Assembly: GCA_963737155.1 (NCBI GenBank)
Contig: CAVTRN010000001.1
Span: 704,001 to 768,000, forward strand
Source of the DNA: Nitrospirota bacterium
Lineage (GTDB): Bacteria; Nitrospirota; UBA9217
Length of the DNA: 64,000 nt
Reading direction: 5' to 3'
Every line of letters starts with the position of its first letter. Position 1 is the stretch's first letter. The notes under the pieces are model-generated. The model had not been told where the DNA came from. It saw only the letters and a program-made list of their open reading frames with translations, and made no database searches. Shown in pieces: positions 62,100 to 64,000 of the stretch. A program made the position numbers and the translations under genes.

Positions 62100-62440
62100 G
62101 ATTTCCTTTTTTCCACGGACCCGGAGAAGCTCCTGAAAAAGCAGCTGCGTGCTCCGGTATGGCACGCGGGGCCGGTTTGTTCGACCTTCACCAGGAGAGT
62201 GTCCTGATCGCAATCATAGAGTATATCCTTCACCAGCTGGATATGACCGGAGGTTTCCCCTTTTTGCCAGAATTTCTGGCGTGAACGACTCCAGAACCAG
62301 GTGAGGCCGGTATCAATGGTCTTTTTCACGGATTCGGCATTCATATAAGCGACCATTAGGACTTCATCTGTTTTCCAGTCCTGGATAACAGCGGGAATTA
62401 GTCCTTTTTCGTCATATTTCAGGTTGTCCGGTATGCGCAT
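62096..62440 (-). CDS. hisI: Phosphoribosyl-AMP cyclohydrolase
   Basis: WSRSR..W.KGETSG, DCDQD, ACHTG..SCF. Confidence 0.95.
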   Translation of the reverse strand: MRIPDNLKYDEKGLIPAVIQDWKTDEVLMVAYMNAESVKKTIDTGLTWFWSRSRQKFWQKGETSGHIQLVKDILYDCDQDTLLVKVEQTGPACHTGARSCFFRSFSGSVEKRKS

Positions 62441-62644
62441 AGGACTTTTTAACACAAACGGCAATAAATGTCTAGAGGTCCGTAGTAATATGCTCGATTT
62501 CTTGAGATTAATGCCGATCATTTTGACAGGCAGTATCGCAGGGCAGCCGATCGTCGCAAGAATTACAAAAACGCCGATTATATCATCAACGATTGCTGTT
62601 TAGTGAGCGTGCCTTGCCGGGACAACAAATAAAGCACAACCTGG

Positions 62645-63118
62645 TTAAATGAACAGGTTAATCTGCGAGTCTGCGGCAGCATCCAGCCACGTTGCTGCGC
62701 CGCCAAACTCAACACCCTCGATGATGTCAGATTGTTTGACTCCCATGACATCCATAGTCATCTGGCATGCAATGAGCTTCACACCGCTCTCTTTGGCAAG
62801 GTCAAGCAGTTGGCCAATGCTTGCAACGCCATGTTTCGTGAACATCGACTTCATCATGGACGTTGCCAATGCCTCCATTCCCGGTAACGTCGCGACAAGG
62901 GTCGGAATCGGCATGGGCATCGGCAAGGCGGGATTCCCGAGGGGGGAGATCTTCAGGTTGTCAGCATTATTTTTTTTGATTATGTCGAGGCCGTAGAAGG
63001 TGAAAAAAATCGTTACGTCGACATCCATTGCTGCGGCCGTTGTTGCGAGAATCAAGGGCGGATATGACATGTCCAATGAACCCTTGGACGCAATGATCGT
63101 CATTTTTTTATTTGCCAT
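62645..63118 (-). CDS. DsrE/DsrF/DrsH-like sulfurtransferase (DsrE2 type)
   Basis: KGSLD..YPPLILA, IFFTFYGL, ACQMTMD. Confidence 0.88.
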   Translation of the reverse strand: MANKKMTIIASKGSLDMSYPPLILATTAAAMDVDVTIFFTFYGLDIIKKNNADNLKISPLGNPALPMPMPIPTLVATLPGMEALATSMMKSMFTKHGVASIGQLLDLAKESGVKLIACQMTMDVMGVKQSDIIEGVEFGGAATWLDAAADSQINLFI

Positions 63119-63128
63119 TATGTTCTCC

Positions 63129-63371
63129 TTATGCTGTTTTCTTAATATAAAAGGCGAACGTGCCGGAACCCTCTTCAACCTTCAGGATTTCATTACTCGT
63201 TCTCTTTGCCCACGCCGCCATGTCGTTTTTCGAACCAGGATCTGTGGTTTCCACTTTAAGAACTTGATCTTTCGCAAGAGATTCAACAGCTTTCTTGGTT
63301 TTCAAAATCGGAAGAGGGCAACTCAATCCTTTTGCATCCAAAAGCTGATCGAACTTTATTTCTGCTGACAT
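63129..63371 (-). CDS. tusA: Sulfurtransferase TusA family
   Basis: LDAKGLSCPLP..TDPGS. Confidence 0.9.
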   Translation of the reverse strand: MSAEIKFDQLLDAKGLSCPLPILKTKKAVESLAKDQVLKVETTDPGSKNDMAAWAKRTSNEILKVEEGSGTFAFYIKKTA

Positions 63372-63826
63372 GATTCCGTCACCTCCTGTAATAATATAAA
63401 TACTGATACCATCATATGAACGGATGGATTTTTCAAATATGAAACAAGTGTTTTATTATAAGAAGCTATGGTTTCGATGTCAAGCAATATTTTACATGGT
63501 TTCATTCTCATGCCTGCTTCACAATTCGAGCACGACATCATGGTATGAGAAATGAGAAATTTTCATCGTTGTTTAGTATGATAGAAGAGACGCGTTGGTT
63601 TCTGTTGTTTTGCCGGACCAAAAATACCTTGCCAGAAAATTCGGCTTCTGGTATAGTTTTGCCTCGTTGTCATAAGTAATCTAGTATCTCGATCATAATT
63701 CTGCAAGATACATGCTAAGTACACTTATCAGGGAACTATAAAAAATACGCAGTAAAGGGTAATAAATATCAGATAAACTGCCTCCGAGCAGAGCAATAAC
63801 ACACTGAAAAATAATGATAATATTGA

Positions 63827-63846
63827 TTGTCCACACCTGTGGATAA
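63827..63846. promoter_or_regulatory. Pair of DnaA boxes upstream of dnaA
   Basis: TTGTCCACA-CC-TGTGGATAA (second box is a perfect TTATCCACA on the minus strand). Confidence 0.85.
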
Positions 63847-63894
63847 GAATGTTTGTAACCATCACCGTTTTTTCGCGTATTTTCGGAGTATTTC

Positions 63895-64000
63895 ATGGAT
63901 CAAGAAAGAGTTTGGGAAGAAATACTGCTTCTCATAGAAAACCGAATGTCTAAGCAGGGTTACGATACCTGGTTCAGTCAGTCAAAACTTTTGTCTATTG
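63895..64000 (+). CDS. dnaA: Chromosomal replication initiator DnaA, 5' fragment
   Basis: MDQERVWEEILLLIENRMSKQGYDTWF resembles DnaA domain I; GGAG RBS; DnaA boxes and rpmH-region context. Confidence 0.85.
   Translation, partial: MDQERVWEEILLLIENRMSKQGYDTWFSQSKLLSI

Noticed and set aside
1-64000. CRISPR array, rRNA, retron or other defence system
   Set aside because: No regularly spaced repeats and no cas, reverse transcriptase or rRNA signatures seen by eye

Overview
Chromosomal replication-origin region of a Gram-negative bacterium. Gene content and style suggest Nitrospirota or a deltaproteobacterium-like lineage (inference). Housekeeping genes: icd, prpE/acs, mnmA, resB/ccsA, HU, ftsH, smr, dksA, tRNA-Val(CAC), rlmI-like, three SurA/PpiC chaperones, mfd, mnmE-mnmG-rsmG, a Clp1-like kinase, hcp, parA-parB with two perfect parS sites, bactofilin, large-type purL, rlpA, yidC-yidD-rnpA-rpmH, hit, hisI, dsrE-tusA and the 5' end of dnaA. 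The likely oriC unwinding element (DnaA boxes, (TAG)5 DnaA-trios, AT palindrome) lies about 2.3 kb upstream of dnaA, separated from it by four genes. The mnmE-parB block is inverted relative to yidC-rpmH. Intergenic spaces are full of mobile DNA: two intact ISL3 elements with 8-bp target duplications (one disrupts a PLP enzyme gene), an rve-type IS with repeated end motifs, two tnpB relics, identical 151-bp IS200/IS605-derived MITEs, orphan IS605 ends, IS1634-like and ISKra4 relics, and a decayed integrative element at tRNA-Val. I did not find a clear-cut new multi-gene system. The best candidates for follow-up are the displaced oriC with its nucleotide-enzyme neighbours, the Clp1-like kinase, the MITE family and the rve IS end/target motif. 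Family assignments rest on motif recognition by eye, not database searches.
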